Shown here piece by piece: positions 39,986 through 54,468 of a stretch of 64,000 bases of DNA. This DNA is from Adineta vaga (lineage: Eukaryota; Animalia; Rotifera). Every line of letters begins with the position of its first letter. The stretch's first letter is position 1. Both the position numbers and the translations under genes were made by a program. The stretch is taken from positions 1,178,001 to 1,242,000 of the forward strand of contig CP075496.1 in the NCBI GenBank assembly GCA_021613535.1, written 5' to 3'. Under the pieces are notes generated by a model. It saw nothing but the letters and a program-made list of their open reading frames with translations. It was not told the DNA's origin and made no database searches.

Positions 39986-41848
39986 ATGGCTTCATACATT
40001 TCTGCACTTTCACTTGTTATATTAGTATTAATTAGCGGTTGCTTTACCTTACCTATTACCGATAGTGAATTTTCCGAATTGACAACATCACCATTCGCTA
40101 TTGATTTAACAACAGAAAAAAGCTTTAATTTACGAGTAAGTTGAATTCATTCGTTTTTATTGAATAATTTTGTACGAAATATTTGATCTATTAGACAGTT
40201 GTTGGTGATGAAATAGCTACTACACCATTCAGTGATATTAAACGATCAGAAAATGAAGAAATCTTCTTGGAAACTACACCAGATTCGACCATATCTACAG
40301 AAGTTAAACGTTCATTATCTGAACATGATAACATTGACGTGACAACTGTTGGTGTTGAATTTGAATCCACTAGTGATGTTTCACGACAAGAACGTATGGA
40401 TCAAGGTTATCCAACTGAAGGATCGTTCACATATATGGGAACAACTGAAGAATCAATTAAACAAAAACGTGAAACGGAAGATTCGTCAATTCCCACATAT
40501 GAACAAACTACTGAAATTTTAGATACAATCACACATGGACATGAAGGTGATCATGAAAAACGTGAATTAAAAGATGAAGGATCAAATGACAGTGAAAAAC
40601 AATCACAATTCACAACAGGCTCCATAGTAAATAACAATGAAATGTGTATATTCTAAAGAAAAAATTTCTTCTTTCTCTTCCAGCCATTGTTCACATCAAC
40701 ATCATCAGCTGTTGCTCCAGAATTATATACACTTGAACCAACTGACTTTACTTCAATTCAAACATCAACACGAAAATACGTTGGTTCTTTTGAAGATGTT
40801 GAAGAAGAAAATGAAGAACACAAAACCCATGATAAACACGACAAGGAAGAGTCACGAAAACCTAGTCGAAAACCTGAAAAAGAGGAAGAACGAAAAGACA
40901 CCGAAGTTGAAGATGAAAAACATAGAGAAGAAGAACATGAACCAGAACACAAATTTGAAGATGAAGTTGAACCAAAACACAAACATGTACCTAAACCAGA
41001 ACTTAAACATAAACATAAACCAGCATTAGATGAAGATCATGAACTTGAACCAAAAGACAAACCAGAACTTAAACATAAACATAAACCAGCATTAGATGAA
41101 GATCATGAACTTGAACCAAAAGACAAACCAGAACTTAAACATAAACATAAACCAGCATTAGGTGAAGATCATGAATTTGAACCAAAAGATAAACCAGAAC
41201 ACAAACATAAACACGGACCTGCATCAGAAGAAGAACATGAACATGAACTTGAACCAAAAGATAAACATGAAGATCATCGTGACAGCCAAGAAGATAAAGA
41301 ACATAAAGATGAAAAATTGGTTGATTCAGATGAAAAGAAAAAACATTCAACATCCGACGAAAAAGTTTCCGAAGAATCAATTGATGGTAAAACATACGCC
41401 TTAGGAAAACTATTCGATCAAGAACCAAGAAAACGTCTTCCAAGTTATGCTGCCAATCTTGTTGAATCAGACGAAGCTGTTACCACTGAATCACGCAAAT
41501 CATCTACAACAACCGAAGCTTCAAATGAAATCAAAAAGCTTACCCAAGGTTCGACTCTTCTTCTCTTCATTCTAGCTGCATTTTTATTTTGCGCGTGTCT
41601 AACGGCGAGCACGCTCGCCTTCGTAAGTTCTTTTCAGAGTGAAAGAACAATTCGAGAAAGGAACTTTCTTTATTCATTTAAAATTTTCCTTTTTTTTCAA
41701 ATAATTTTCTAAATTTTCATTGTTTTTGTTTCTTTAGGTAAAGAATCGTCATAAATTGAATAGAAAAAGTCGAATTATTGAAATGGAAGCTCATTTGGAT
41801 GAACATTATTCTCATCCATTTCTATTTCATCAACATCATGAAAAATAA
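39986..41848 (+). CDS. Type I membrane protein: signal peptide, acidic Thr-rich region with KR sites, His/Glu/Lys repeats, TM, short tail
   Basis: MASYISALSLVILVLISGCFT signal; 4 exons; TM TLLLFILAAFLFCACLTASTLAF followed by VKNRHKLNRK. Confidence 0.8.
40993..41262 (+). repeat. Coding tandem repeat, 66-bp unit x ~4 (KPELKHKHKPALDEDHELEPKD)
   Basis: Units start at 40993, 41059, 41125 and 41191; the first two are identical. Confidence 0.95.
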
Positions 41849-42007
41849 TTTAAATTTGTCCTTTTCTTTTTCAATCATCAGTTAGCTTTTCGAAATATTT
41901 TTAAATTTTATTAATGATTTTTTACTATTTACTTTTCTTTACTTATATATTTATTTTTTTTCAACGATTTAATAATAAAAAAATTGATTTATATTCGTTC
42001 ACATTAA

Positions 42008-42584
42008 TTAAACATATTGAACATTTGATGTTTGACGAATTCGATCTGCCGCATGAAATGTCAACATAATAATCATCAGTTGAATCACAAGCGTAATTTC
42101 AAATATCGATGAACTTCGACTATTTAAATGAATGCCATACGATGCTTCTATTATTGTTAAAAATTGAAAGAGAAAAGCGATGAATGTTAACAATGGAGTT
42201 ATATAACATGTGATCGAAGGTTTCGGTGGTAAATACATAAATGCAGTTAGAAAACAAAGAAAACATATAATTAATTGAAGCAATACTCCAACGATAGCTA
42301 GAGGAGCTGCATTATAGAATCGTTTAGAAAATATTGGAGGAGAATTTGCTTCAGAATTTATTTCTGCATACAGATTTTTTGTACAATGAGAATTTGAACA
42401 AGTTTGAAAGAGACCAATTGTATACAAACCAAGAGTTGACCCTATTGAGAAAGAGAAAATCAAATAATTGCATCATTATTGACTTACAATCAGCCGTTGA
42501 AATACTATAAAGACTCATTATAACACTTGTTAAACAAAATAAACCAGCGACAATCAAAATCACTCCAATTCTTCTTTCAACCAT
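42008..42584 (-). CDS. Small four-TM protein, claudin/PMP22-like
   Basis: Two exons; four hydrophobic segments; GLFQTCSNSHC resembles the claudin GLW-x-C-C loop. Confidence 0.65.
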
Positions 42585-42920
42585 TTCTACTTCGATATTT
42601 GAAGAATGTCCACTGAATATGAATAATCAAAATTTGCTTTTCACCATCTGTTGCCTAATCTTTTATTCATTCTATTTATCATAATCATGTATTCTGATGC
42701 GCTCTCAAAGCTTTGCTCTGAAATTGTCATTGCTATTTTATGAATCAAAACGAATTTGTCTATTCGAAACAACTATTAAGTTCTTTTCCAAAATCTTTGA
42801 CTTTCCATCACCGAACTGTGGACCTTTTCTTCCTACTAATTATGACAGTTTCTCAGCATACAATCAAGGAAGACAAATTCTTCTTGTAGCTTCAAAGATA
42901 TTTCTATGAGATGAATTTGA

Positions 42921-44462
42921 TTAGTATTTATTTGTTATTTTCGAAAAAGTGATTTTTGAAACTTTCTCCCAAAGATCCATAAAAACGAAACCATGAAATG
43001 TTTTTCTTAAATAAAGATATTCATTATAATTATAACAATTCCAAAAGTCTTCTTTTGTAAGATAAATATGTGCATATAAAGCAATTTTTCCATTAAATCG
43101 ACAAACTAATTTTTGTAATTCAATATTTGATTGTGGAAGATCTTGAATATTTCCATATAAACCAATATTCATAATAAAATCTTCATTTGATTTTGCCACA
43201 TTAAATAACGATTCATTCATTTGAAATGATCGAATAGGACAAAGCCAAATTTTATCTAAACCTTTATTCCCAGCCCAATGAAGAATATTTTCTGTATATT
43301 TTCTCGAAATATCAATATCTTGAAGCATACCTAATGATTCCCTTTTCTTATCTGATATTAACATTGCGATTTTATAAAGAATTTTCGTTTGAAAAAAATA
43401 ATTAAATATCCATCGAGAATATTTTTGATTTAATATAAAATTCAACAATGGAATCATATTTGCTAAACCTTCAATACCCCAAAATCCTCCTCGATCATAT
43501 CGAAAAAGATAATCAATTGTTGAAATATATTCTTCATAAATAATTTCACCATCTTGACAATAATTTTCTTGAAAAACTTTTTCTACATGTTGATAAAAGA
43601 ATGATGAAAAATAATTTTCTTTATAAATTTCAATATTTGATTGAAGTAATTCGACACAACCTCCTGACATTGAAATAATTCCATTGAAATTTTTCTTTGA
43701 AAAATAAATTCCATCTAAAACTTGATGATTACCAATCCAACTGAAAGGATTTCTCGAAGCAAAAATTTTCTCAACGGATTCGAAAAAATTTGTTACTTTC
43801 GAATGATAAGTATATTTTAAATGAATCCATTTAGTTGCGTCAATTAATTGAATACGAGCAGAAGCAATTAATGCAATTGTACCATTTGAACCAGGTATAC
43901 CATTCCATAAACGTAAATTATCATTCGAATTTATAATTTGACCATTACCAGTGATTAATTTTGCATTTAAAATCGTTTTATCAAATGTTCCATAGATAAA
44001 TGATGAACTTTCAATCGCAATTCCTTGTATAGCACCACCGATTGTTATGGATTTAAATTCAGGTATAACACATGGTAATAAATTGTATTTTAATGTTTCA
44101 TTTACTAAATCTTCAAATGTAACTAAAGATTCAACATCAACATATTTTTCTTGTGAATTAATTTCAATAATTGAATTTAATAATGAGATATTTAAACGAT
44201 ATTTTCCTTTTTTATATTCTGATGATCTTGATGAATGTCCATCACCTAATTTACGATCAAGAACGATTTCAATATTTGAATTATGTTTTGTTAAAGTATA
44301 AATTTGATTTGCAATTTGATTTATATCATTTTCGTGTTGTTGACGAATTTTATATTTACATTGTTTTTGATTAATCTTAAAAATACCAAATGGAATATCG
44401 AATAATAAGATCAATAAATCATAAAATATTGAAAATATTAATTGTAATTTTTCACAGAACAT
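42921..44462 (-). CDS. FAD-binding (PCMH) Delta24-sterol reductase-like oxidoreductase, intronless
   Basis: VIPEFKSITIGGAIQGIAIESSSFIYG, PGSNGTI, YLFRYDRGGFW, QDI, IWLCP, LYAHIY are DHCR24/DWF1-family motifs. Confidence 0.85.
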   Translation of the reverse strand: MFCEKLQLIFSIFYDLLILLFDIPFGIFKINQKQCKYKIRQQHENDINQIANQIYTLTKHNSNIEIVLDRKLGDGHSSRSSEYKKGKYRLNISLLNSIIEINSQEKYVDVESLVTFEDLVNETLKYNLLPCVIPEFKSITIGGAIQGIAIESSSFIYGTFDKTILNAKLITGNGQIINSNDNLRLWNGIPGSNGTIALIASARIQLIDATKWIHLKYTYHSKVTNFFESVEKIFASRNPFSWIGNHQVLDGIYFSKKNFNGIISMSGGCVELLQSNIEIYKENYFSSFFYQHVEKVFQENYCQDGEIIYEEYISTIDYLFRYDRGGFWGIEGLANMIPLLNFILNQKYSRWIFNYFFQTKILYKIAMLISDKKRESLGMLQDIDISRKYTENILHWAGNKGLDKIWLCPIRSFQMNESLFNVAKSNEDFIMNIGLYGNIQDLPQSNIELQKLVCRFNGKIALYAHIYLTKEDFWNCYNYNEYLYLRKTFHGFVFMDLWEKVSKITFSKITNKY

Positions 44463-45015
44463 TTTCTTTTTGTATTTTATTTATTCTACTCAATGATCGC
44501 TTATTTATTCATTTTTTTTATCTTGAATTCTTATTGGTCGATTTACTTTTCTTATCATATCTTAATATCCGTCAAATGGTTATTATTCGAGGTATATAAT
44601 ACTTCATTTTCCGTTGGAATTTTTATTCTAAAATAATCTCGAATTCAATTTCATTTTTATATCAATGTTCTCTCGTTTATTTTTTCATATGTAAATTCTT
44701 CTTGCTATCGAATAGATATTCCACTATAGTAAAAATGATTCTATCTAGAAGGAAATGATGAGTTGTGATGGAATCCTCATTATCGTATGTTATAGAGTAC
44801 GGATGTATGTATAGGTGAGATCTTTTCGTTGGCTAACAATTAGATTGGTAAAAATATCAAATAGATCTCATAATTAGAACGTAAAATAAAGTATTCATTA
44901 AATTGTACTTAATGATCGAAAACCGCGGATAAATATCTATAAAAACTTCCATGACAACCAGCATTTCTCTTCATTCTAATCTTCTGTTTCATCTTTTAAT
45001 CACAATTCTTCTCAA

Positions 45016-45524
45016 ATGTTTATAAGTAAATCAAATTAGATTTGATTCTAACAATGATCTATTTTCTTATATTTAGATTCTCTATTGTTCATCACAATCA
45101 TTTTGGATACAGTTTATTCATTTAGTGATAGTAATCAATCAGTATCTCTTCGTTCACGACGCCATGGATCACAACAGATTGAGTACATCAAAGTATGTAT
45201 AGACCATTGTATTACATCATCGGCTAATACAGAGACTCGAAATGTTTATAAATTACATGAACTACGTGTAAGTCAAGTGAATATTTCATAGAAAAGAAAG
45301 TAAAAAGAATACATTTATAGAAAATGTGCAGTGAACTTTGTGAAAAAGAAGCAAATCGAATTGATAAACTTCCTAATCAACATAAAGTAATTGATTATCA
45401 TCGTTCATTACAAGCCATGTCATCAAAACAACATGATTGTGAATTGAAATGTTTTGTAAATAATAGTTCATTACGATTAAAACAACGAAAAGAATTATGT
45501 CGACAACAATGTGCACGATTTTAG
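45016..45524 (+). CDS. Small secreted Cys-rich protein (3 exons)
   Basis: Spliced signal MFINSLLFITIILDTVYS, furin site RSRR, four CxxxC motifs. Confidence 0.65.
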
Positions 45525-45783
45525 ACAAATTTCTTCGAACGATTATTTTTCTTTCCTTTCCTTCGAATAAATCGAATTTTGTTCAACAAATGTGTTCATA
45601 CACTTGAATGAATATAATCATTGCCCGAGGAAACGATTAGATACTTACGACGTTGATATCACGCGATTTAACTGTTGTCGATGATGACACTTATAATAAC
45701 AAGTTGATTTCATATATACACATTCTTCTTCTTTTCTAAATCAAAGATACATACAACATGAAGAACAATATTTAAATGAAAAC

Positions 45784-46380
45784 TTAAGCATCTATATCAG
45801 TGATATTATTTTGAGTTTTTTTCAGAATTGATCGAAATACTTTCCATGGTTGAACATTACTATCATTTGTTATGATTTCATAATTTTTCTCTTGAAATTG
45901 TTTCTCCGATAGAATTATTGGTTTATTAACATGATGTTGTAAGAAATAAAGTAGAAGAATTTCTCCGTAGATAAATAATTTGAGAATTACTGAAACAATA
46001 ATTAAACAAATATTGATTGGTAAAAAATAATTAGTTGTTGAAGAACATGGTGAACTAATTAGTCCAATAAGTACAAGAAAACTTATAATAATAATCGTAG
46101 TCGCAAATAAAGTCGAACAAACATGAATAACAAATGTTAAACAACATGATATTAGATTTTGTTTCCATAGAAGTATCCAAATACTAATTGGTGCTGCTAT
46201 TAATGATGGTAATGACCAAAAACCAACACCAATATGATATGCACATGTTTCAGTTGCTGTTAATGTTATTTGTAAGCCTAATATTGCTAATACACAACAT
46301 AATTGAATTATTGAAAAAGTAAAATGAATTAAAACATAAAAAATCGATTGAAATCGTCTTTTAATCGACATAGTTTCCAT
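45784..46380 (-). CDS. Four-TM MS4A/CD20-like membrane protein
   Basis: 198-aa single ORF with four TMs and the GVGFW motif at TM2. Confidence 0.65.
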   Translation of the reverse strand: METMSIKRRFQSIFYVLIHFTFSIIQLCCVLAILGLQITLTATETCAYHIGVGFWSLPSLIAAPISIWILLWKQNLISCCLTFVIHVCSTLFATTIIIISFLVLIGLISSPCSSTTNYFLPINICLIIVSVILKLFIYGEILLLYFLQHHVNKPIILSEKQFQEKNYEIITNDSNVQPWKVFRSILKKTQNNITDIDA

Positions 46381-46796
46381 TTATTATAAAAAGAAAATGT
46401 TCAGTTTCTTCTACCAGTTCATTGATTAAAAGAAAAAAAGGTCATCAACACGACAACGGTAGAATGAGTAACATAGTTTTCACTTTTTCTTCTTCTTCTT
46501 CTTCTTCTATATTCATATGAAACACTGCATGCGAGAGAGCAGAACTTAACAACAGGCGTCAGAAAAAGAATTTTTTTTTAATAGAGAACGAGCAAAAGAG
46601 AGAAAGTAAAATACTTCATCATGTTCATATAATTGATTATTAGAGAACATTGAATTTCATTAGTTTTATTGTATTTGTCAAATATTTGTTTCCTACTGAT
46701 TCCTTTATTTAATTATACATATGAAATAGTCTATAGAAGAAGAAGAAAAATAAATCGAAATACAATAAAACAAAAACATATCTGATATAATGACAA

Positions 46797-48391
46797 TTAA
46801 TTACTGTTTTGTATTAAATAATCATCGGTTGAAAGAGATTTTCCTACTTTAATTGAATCTAAATGAACAGACTTTTCTTTCTTAAAGAAAATTAAAAATC
46901 CAAAACTCACCTATAACCCATTGTTCTTGAACTTGAGGATGAACAATTACTTGAAGTATCTTTGACGATCGACCAACAATAATTTTAGCACGTTCTCGAT
47001 TGACTGTAATCTTTCAAAAAGGCAAATTTTTAATCAAAAATTTCATCCAATATCTATTAACTTACATTTCCACCTAATAATGTAATTAATTTAACTAATA
47101 ATTCACGTTGTTGAACAAGAGATGTTAAATAAATCAATCCACATTGATTAAATAATTGAATCGATGTTCTTTGTTGACGAAATTTACGATAAATATTTAA
47201 TGATGGATTTGAATTAAAGAAATTTTTTGGTTCAAATTTATTTACACGTAACCATTCACCAATACGTGATGAAGATTTTAACCATTCAAATGAGACAAGA
47301 CGACTATAAATCAGATTAAATATAAATTATTCTCTTAAAGGTTTCATATAACACTTATTCAAATTCAAAAGAATATGATTAGTCAATATTGACAGATGTA
47401 TTATAAATGAATCTATTGAAAGTTTTAGACATTTAGTCTAAAGAAGTGCAATTCATATTACTTACGATGTCGAATATCTTTTAGGTTTCGAACATAAACT
47501 TAAAGAAACTGTGCATATTAACTCAACATTACTAAAAAACTGTATGATTTCTAATGATAAATACTATAACTAACCATCCATAGATCAATGCGAGAATAAG
47601 ATCAAGTGTGACCATCATTTGAGAATTATCGTTGGGTAGAATAATATGTGTTGTAGTAATATCAATGATTTCTGATGTAAAACAATCACCCATACGACGA
47701 GTTAATCGTTTTGCTTCTTCAATTTGACTAAAATATCAAATAAAGACAAAAGAAAATGTTATTATTTTGAAAATTGAATACAAACAATGATGTAAAACCA
47801 TAAAAAACAAATGAATAATTTGCTGGTGAATGTGGAAGATCTTTGATGGATGAAAATCGATTATTTAATTTACTATCAGTTAATTTTTCTGGATATTTAG
47901 CTTGAATAGTTTGAGATAAGACCATAAGTGGAGGTGGACGAAGAAAATATCGATCTTGTTCATCATTGTCAGATATGTCTAATAGAACAGGTGATTGAAT
48001 TTGATTATTTATTTCTTGTAAAGGTGTGACATTTGTAAATGATGAATTATCAAATGTTGTTAATCGTTGTTTTTTCGTATTTCGTAAAATTGTTATGAAA
48101 TTTTCATTGGTTTGAAATGGATTTATAGATGTTCGTGAAAGTAAAACAGGAGAAGATATGGGTGTTGATTGAGGACGTGTTATAAATGCTGCATATTCTT
48201 GTTGACTATCATAATCAATTGATATTGAAGGAGAAGCAACGATTGGATTTAACGGACTTGAACCATGACGAACAGTCTATAGTTGATAAATGAAAAATTA
48301 AAATTAATCAATATGTTAAATCTTTTTTCGATTATTTTACATTTGTAAAATGAATAATTGGCGATGATTGAGATTGGGATGGAATACTCAT
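46797..48391 (-). CDS. Tandem-BRCT protein, microcephalin (MCPH1)-like C-terminus (6 exons)
   Basis: Spliced: TTHII...TLDLILALIYGCRLVSFEWLKSS..GEW and LVKLITLLGGNIT...IIVG...EQWVIDSI. Mostly missed by the ORF track. Confidence 0.75.
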
Positions 48392-48651
48392 GATTAAATA
48401 ATACTATTTTATATCACAAAAGATCGTTTTTAGATTAGAGACTAGAGAGAGATTAAAAATGAATTATCTTTGTTTCACGCATGATGATTCATTATGTTTA
48501 ATTCGATTAATTTAACATATTTATGCATTCTGTCGAAATGTTTAATTTTATTAATGAATATTTCTAAAAGTTATAATTTGTGATAAAATCAAAGTCAACA
48601 ACAAATCATATTCCTTATACTCAATAGAATAGATCAAAGACAATTGATATA

Positions 48652-49377
48652 TTAAATTATTTTATGAATTGGTCGATTATCAATAAGCCAATGTTTAATA
48701 TTCCATGGAAAATAACAAGAAATTTTATAAGGCAATGCTTTATTATAAGATTTCGGATATCTTGCTTTGATAAATTCCATTGGAGGATAAGGAGCTGAAA
48801 CATAACCACCAGCAAATGGTACTGAAACTGTTTTATCAATAAAACTTGCGTTAAAATCATTCACATATTCTTCAAATAAATCAAATTTTCGATTAACTGA
48901 TTTCGTATATTTAAAACCACCACCATCAATAGATATTTTATCCCAACTATAAACATCTGCTTGTACACCTTCATAAACTAAAACTGCCGCATTTAACAAC
49001 ATATTATATCTTTCTTTCGCAATTTTTTGTGCTTTTCCACCATTATGAAGTAAATAAGCAAATTTTCTATCAAATGAAACATCAGCATCATGATCCCACA
49101 TAAGAATATGTTCATATCTTAATGCTCCAAGAAGTGTTCCATAATCAATCCAATGTGTAACATTTAATTCTGTCATAATTTCTGAAAATGCTTTTACCAT
49201 ATATGCTAATTTCTCACGATTAGCTAAAGGTGTTAAACAAGGATCACTTGCTTCCCATGACATCATGAAATACACTGATAAACCAAGAAGAAATAACAGA
49301 CAAATATTTAGAATAATAAAATATTTTTTAAAACAAACATTTCGTCGATAAAATCGACGAGTTTGACCAATTGTCAT
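48652..49377 (-). CDS. LicD/fukutin-related nucleotidyltransferase, type II membrane, intronless
   Basis: N-terminal TM; WIDYGTLLGALR...WDHDADV (DxD) LicD signature. Confidence 0.87.
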   Translation of the reverse strand: MTIGQTRRFYRRNVCFKKYFIILNICLLFLLGLSVYFMMSWEASDPCLTPLANREKLAYMVKAFSEIMTELNVTHWIDYGTLLGALRYEHILMWDHDADVSFDRKFAYLLHNGGKAQKIAKERYNMLLNAAVLVYEGVQADVYSWDKISIDGGGFKYTKSVNRKFDLFEEYVNDFNASFIDKTVSVPFAGGYVSAPYPPMEFIKARYPKSYNKALPYKISCYFPWNIKHWLIDNRPIHKII

Positions 49378-49940
49378 TAGTAGAAATTTGCATATAAAAA
49401 AATCGATGGTGACTTGAAGATATTGATTAACTACGTTCGAAAATTTTCATGTAAGCGATAAACGATCGATTTATAATCAAATATGAATACATTATGTAAT
49501 TTATATGCACAATTATATCGATCAGCTTATATTTGTCTTTGTTCTTTAGTTGAGATTTAAAAAAATCATATATAACAATATAATATTTGTATGAGAAAGA
49601 AAGGTAATAGAGCGAAACTGTAAATACAGAAAAACGAATGAAAAGAAAAAAGAACATCGAACAATGAAGGATATATATATAGATACATTGATTGTCGAAT
49701 GATTGTTTGATGGTTTAGAAAACTTTTTGAAAAATTAACTTCAATAAGAGATTTCGAAAGAGACTTTTTAGATGAACGATTAAGTTTTATTTTTCCTTCA
49801 TCAGTTACCATATCATATATTTGAAAATATGATGTTCGTAATGAAAGTATTCATTATAGGTAATACAGTCAACTTGATATTTAGCGATTTCACTTTCTCC
49901 ATTTCGTTGTTTTTTACAGTTGATTGAATAAAAATTGATA

Positions 49941-50293
49941 ATGAATTTCTATAAATAATCGAAATTCAGTATGTTTGTGTTTGGTGGAATTGGTTTTGGA
50001 TATTATATTATCCACGTCAAGTTTTGATTCTTCTTGGTTCACCAGTAAATGATGATATGTATATTTGAATGTTTGGTTTACTTGCAGGGATTTTAGGAAT
50101 TAATTATTTAGCGATGGCTCAATATTCAGCAATTGTTTTCTTTAAAGTCTCAATTGTTATGCGATATTTCGCGTCAATATTTATGATTTATTTAGTTATC
50201 AATGAAATGGCATCGAAAAGTAAGTTTATTATTAATAGCATATGGATATATTATTGCAGCAACATGGACATTTCTTGCACTTATTTACAATAA
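49941..50293 (+). pseudogene. Degraded small four-TM protein gene
   Basis: MFVFGGIGFG/(frameshift)YYPRQVLILLGSPVNDDMYI*MFGLLAGILGINYLAMAQY...FFKVSIVMRYF; in-frame TGA at 50066-50068. Confidence 0.5.
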
Positions 50294-50337
50294 TTCTGTT
50301 AACAAGAAATACAGAACATGAACTTGGTACTTTTTTT

Positions 50338-51536
50338 TCATCCTAAATATGTTTTTAATGTAGCAAAACAATCCACTTCAATCCATGGATCACAAAAAAG
50401 ATGACTTGTCGCATATAAAGCAAAAATTGTATACATCCAACCAATAAATTTTGAAAATAAAGGTTTTCGTTTAAATAATCCTTGTAAAATCAATTCAATT
50501 CCAACTAAAATTCCATGAATAAGAAAAAATAACATATATTTTCCACCTGACCATCGATCCATTGAAACTGTATACATAAATTCATGTAGAAGACCGGAAA
50601 CAAAGAAAGCAAAAACACCTGCAGAAATAATTCTTCCTTGAGATGATTTATCTTTTAAACCAGTTAATTTCGGTAGAGCAAGAAAAGCAATTCGATGAAG
50701 AATTGTTTTAATATAAATATTCCATCGACGTGACCAGAAATCATGAAGACCTACAGGTAAAAATGGATAACCTGGATAGATAGAACGTATATGAACATTC
50801 CAAAAGAAACCCATTATACCAAAAACAAGATTAATAACCATTCCAAGTGCAAAATAAAAAATAAAACCATAAAGTGCATAGATAAAGAAATGAATCAATG
50901 AAAAGAAATGTGAATTACGACTATGAAGACGAAGAATTGAATAAGGAGTAAAATGAAGAAGTATACGTAAACATATCATTTGAGATAAACCACGAAGAAT
51001 TATTAAGAAATTTTCTTCACGAGCAGAAAGTTGTTGTTGTTCTTCATTATCATCATCAAAGATCAAATAATTAAAATAAGTTAACAACGTTGGTTGAATT
51101 GATTTGATTCTGAAAAATTAGAGGAGAAAAAATAAACATCAGATGAAGTTCGATTGGAATCATTTTACTTGATGGAATTTGGTTTTGATTCGTATTTGTA
51201 TTTTGGAAATGTTGAAAAATCGATAAGAATCTGTTTGAATGTAATTTGTTGTTGAATTGACCATGGATATGTAAAAATTAATTCAATAATTTTCAAAGCA
51301 AATAGAAAACCAGTGACTGCAGAAAATATACTAACTAATGCATCAGCAAATTCCGTTTTTGAACAATGATATTTCAAAAATATCGGAATATACAAAGCTC
51401 CACTTGCACAAATCAATCCGAGAGTATGTAAAATCTTTTCCGAATGGAAATATTGTGCAAAATATATTGTTAAACATACGAAACAAATGATAAAAGCATA
51501 GATAATATAAAGATGAAGAAAAGTTATAATAATCAT
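50338..51536 (-). CDS. MBOAT wax-ester synthase / sterol O-acyltransferase-like (MBOAT_2), 2 exons
   Basis: DFWSRRWN, FFVSGLLHE (catalytic His), FFLIHG; multi-TM; one intron ~51111-51167. Confidence 0.85.
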
Positions 51537-52373
51537 TATAGGAAATCTATCGAAAGAGAATGACGTTGATTCAAGCAAATATTCAATTGAATATCAATAC
51601 TATTTTTCATTTGACAAATAAAAATGTTTACTATCAATTACTCATTTGAATACATACAGAACAGACAATCGTATATATATGTAATTAAAATCAAGTTTCT
51701 TTAATTTGATATGTCAAGCGAAACTTTTCTTTGACAAATATTTACAATATGGATTTAACAATTCAAGTAATCGATGGATCATTAGAAGAAAAAAAAGATT
51801 CGTAAAATCATAGAAGTACGATGACTAATGTAAAACAACATGAATAAATATATGTATTTTTCAGAAACTTGATCAATTGTACGTAATTCTATCGTTATGA
51901 TTTCAATGAATAAAAATAATAATAACGATACATTCTTGAAAACATTGTTTTATTTCAAAAGTCAGACTGATAAAGAATATTCTACTTGAAGAATATTTAA
52001 CCCGACATGTATAATGTCATTCATGTATCAAATTCTTCCTATCCATATTTAGATTATGTGAAGATACGTAGACTAATTTGTTTAGTATGTTCTATGAAGT
52101 AACGAAGATCAAACCAAGCGCCCTCTTTTCTCTCTCTTTTCGTGTCAACTTTCATTGGTCATGAAAATATTTGAGAGAGAAATTTTTCTTTGATAAACTT
52201 GAAAAGATTGTTTGGATGGTTGTATGAGTTATATTTCTGAGTAAGAAACATATGACAATATTTTATTTTTTTTTTGCTTGAAAGAAATGTTTGCGTAGGT
52301 GAGCATCTCTAACGAAAATGTTGTATATAGAGACGTTGTAGATAAACAGATGACTTGAATAAAAGACAATAAA

Positions 52374-54468
<2,095 letters not shown>

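Noticed and set aside
40993-41262. CRISPR-like array
   Set aside because: Contiguous in-frame coding repeat with no spacers, in eukaryotic DNA.
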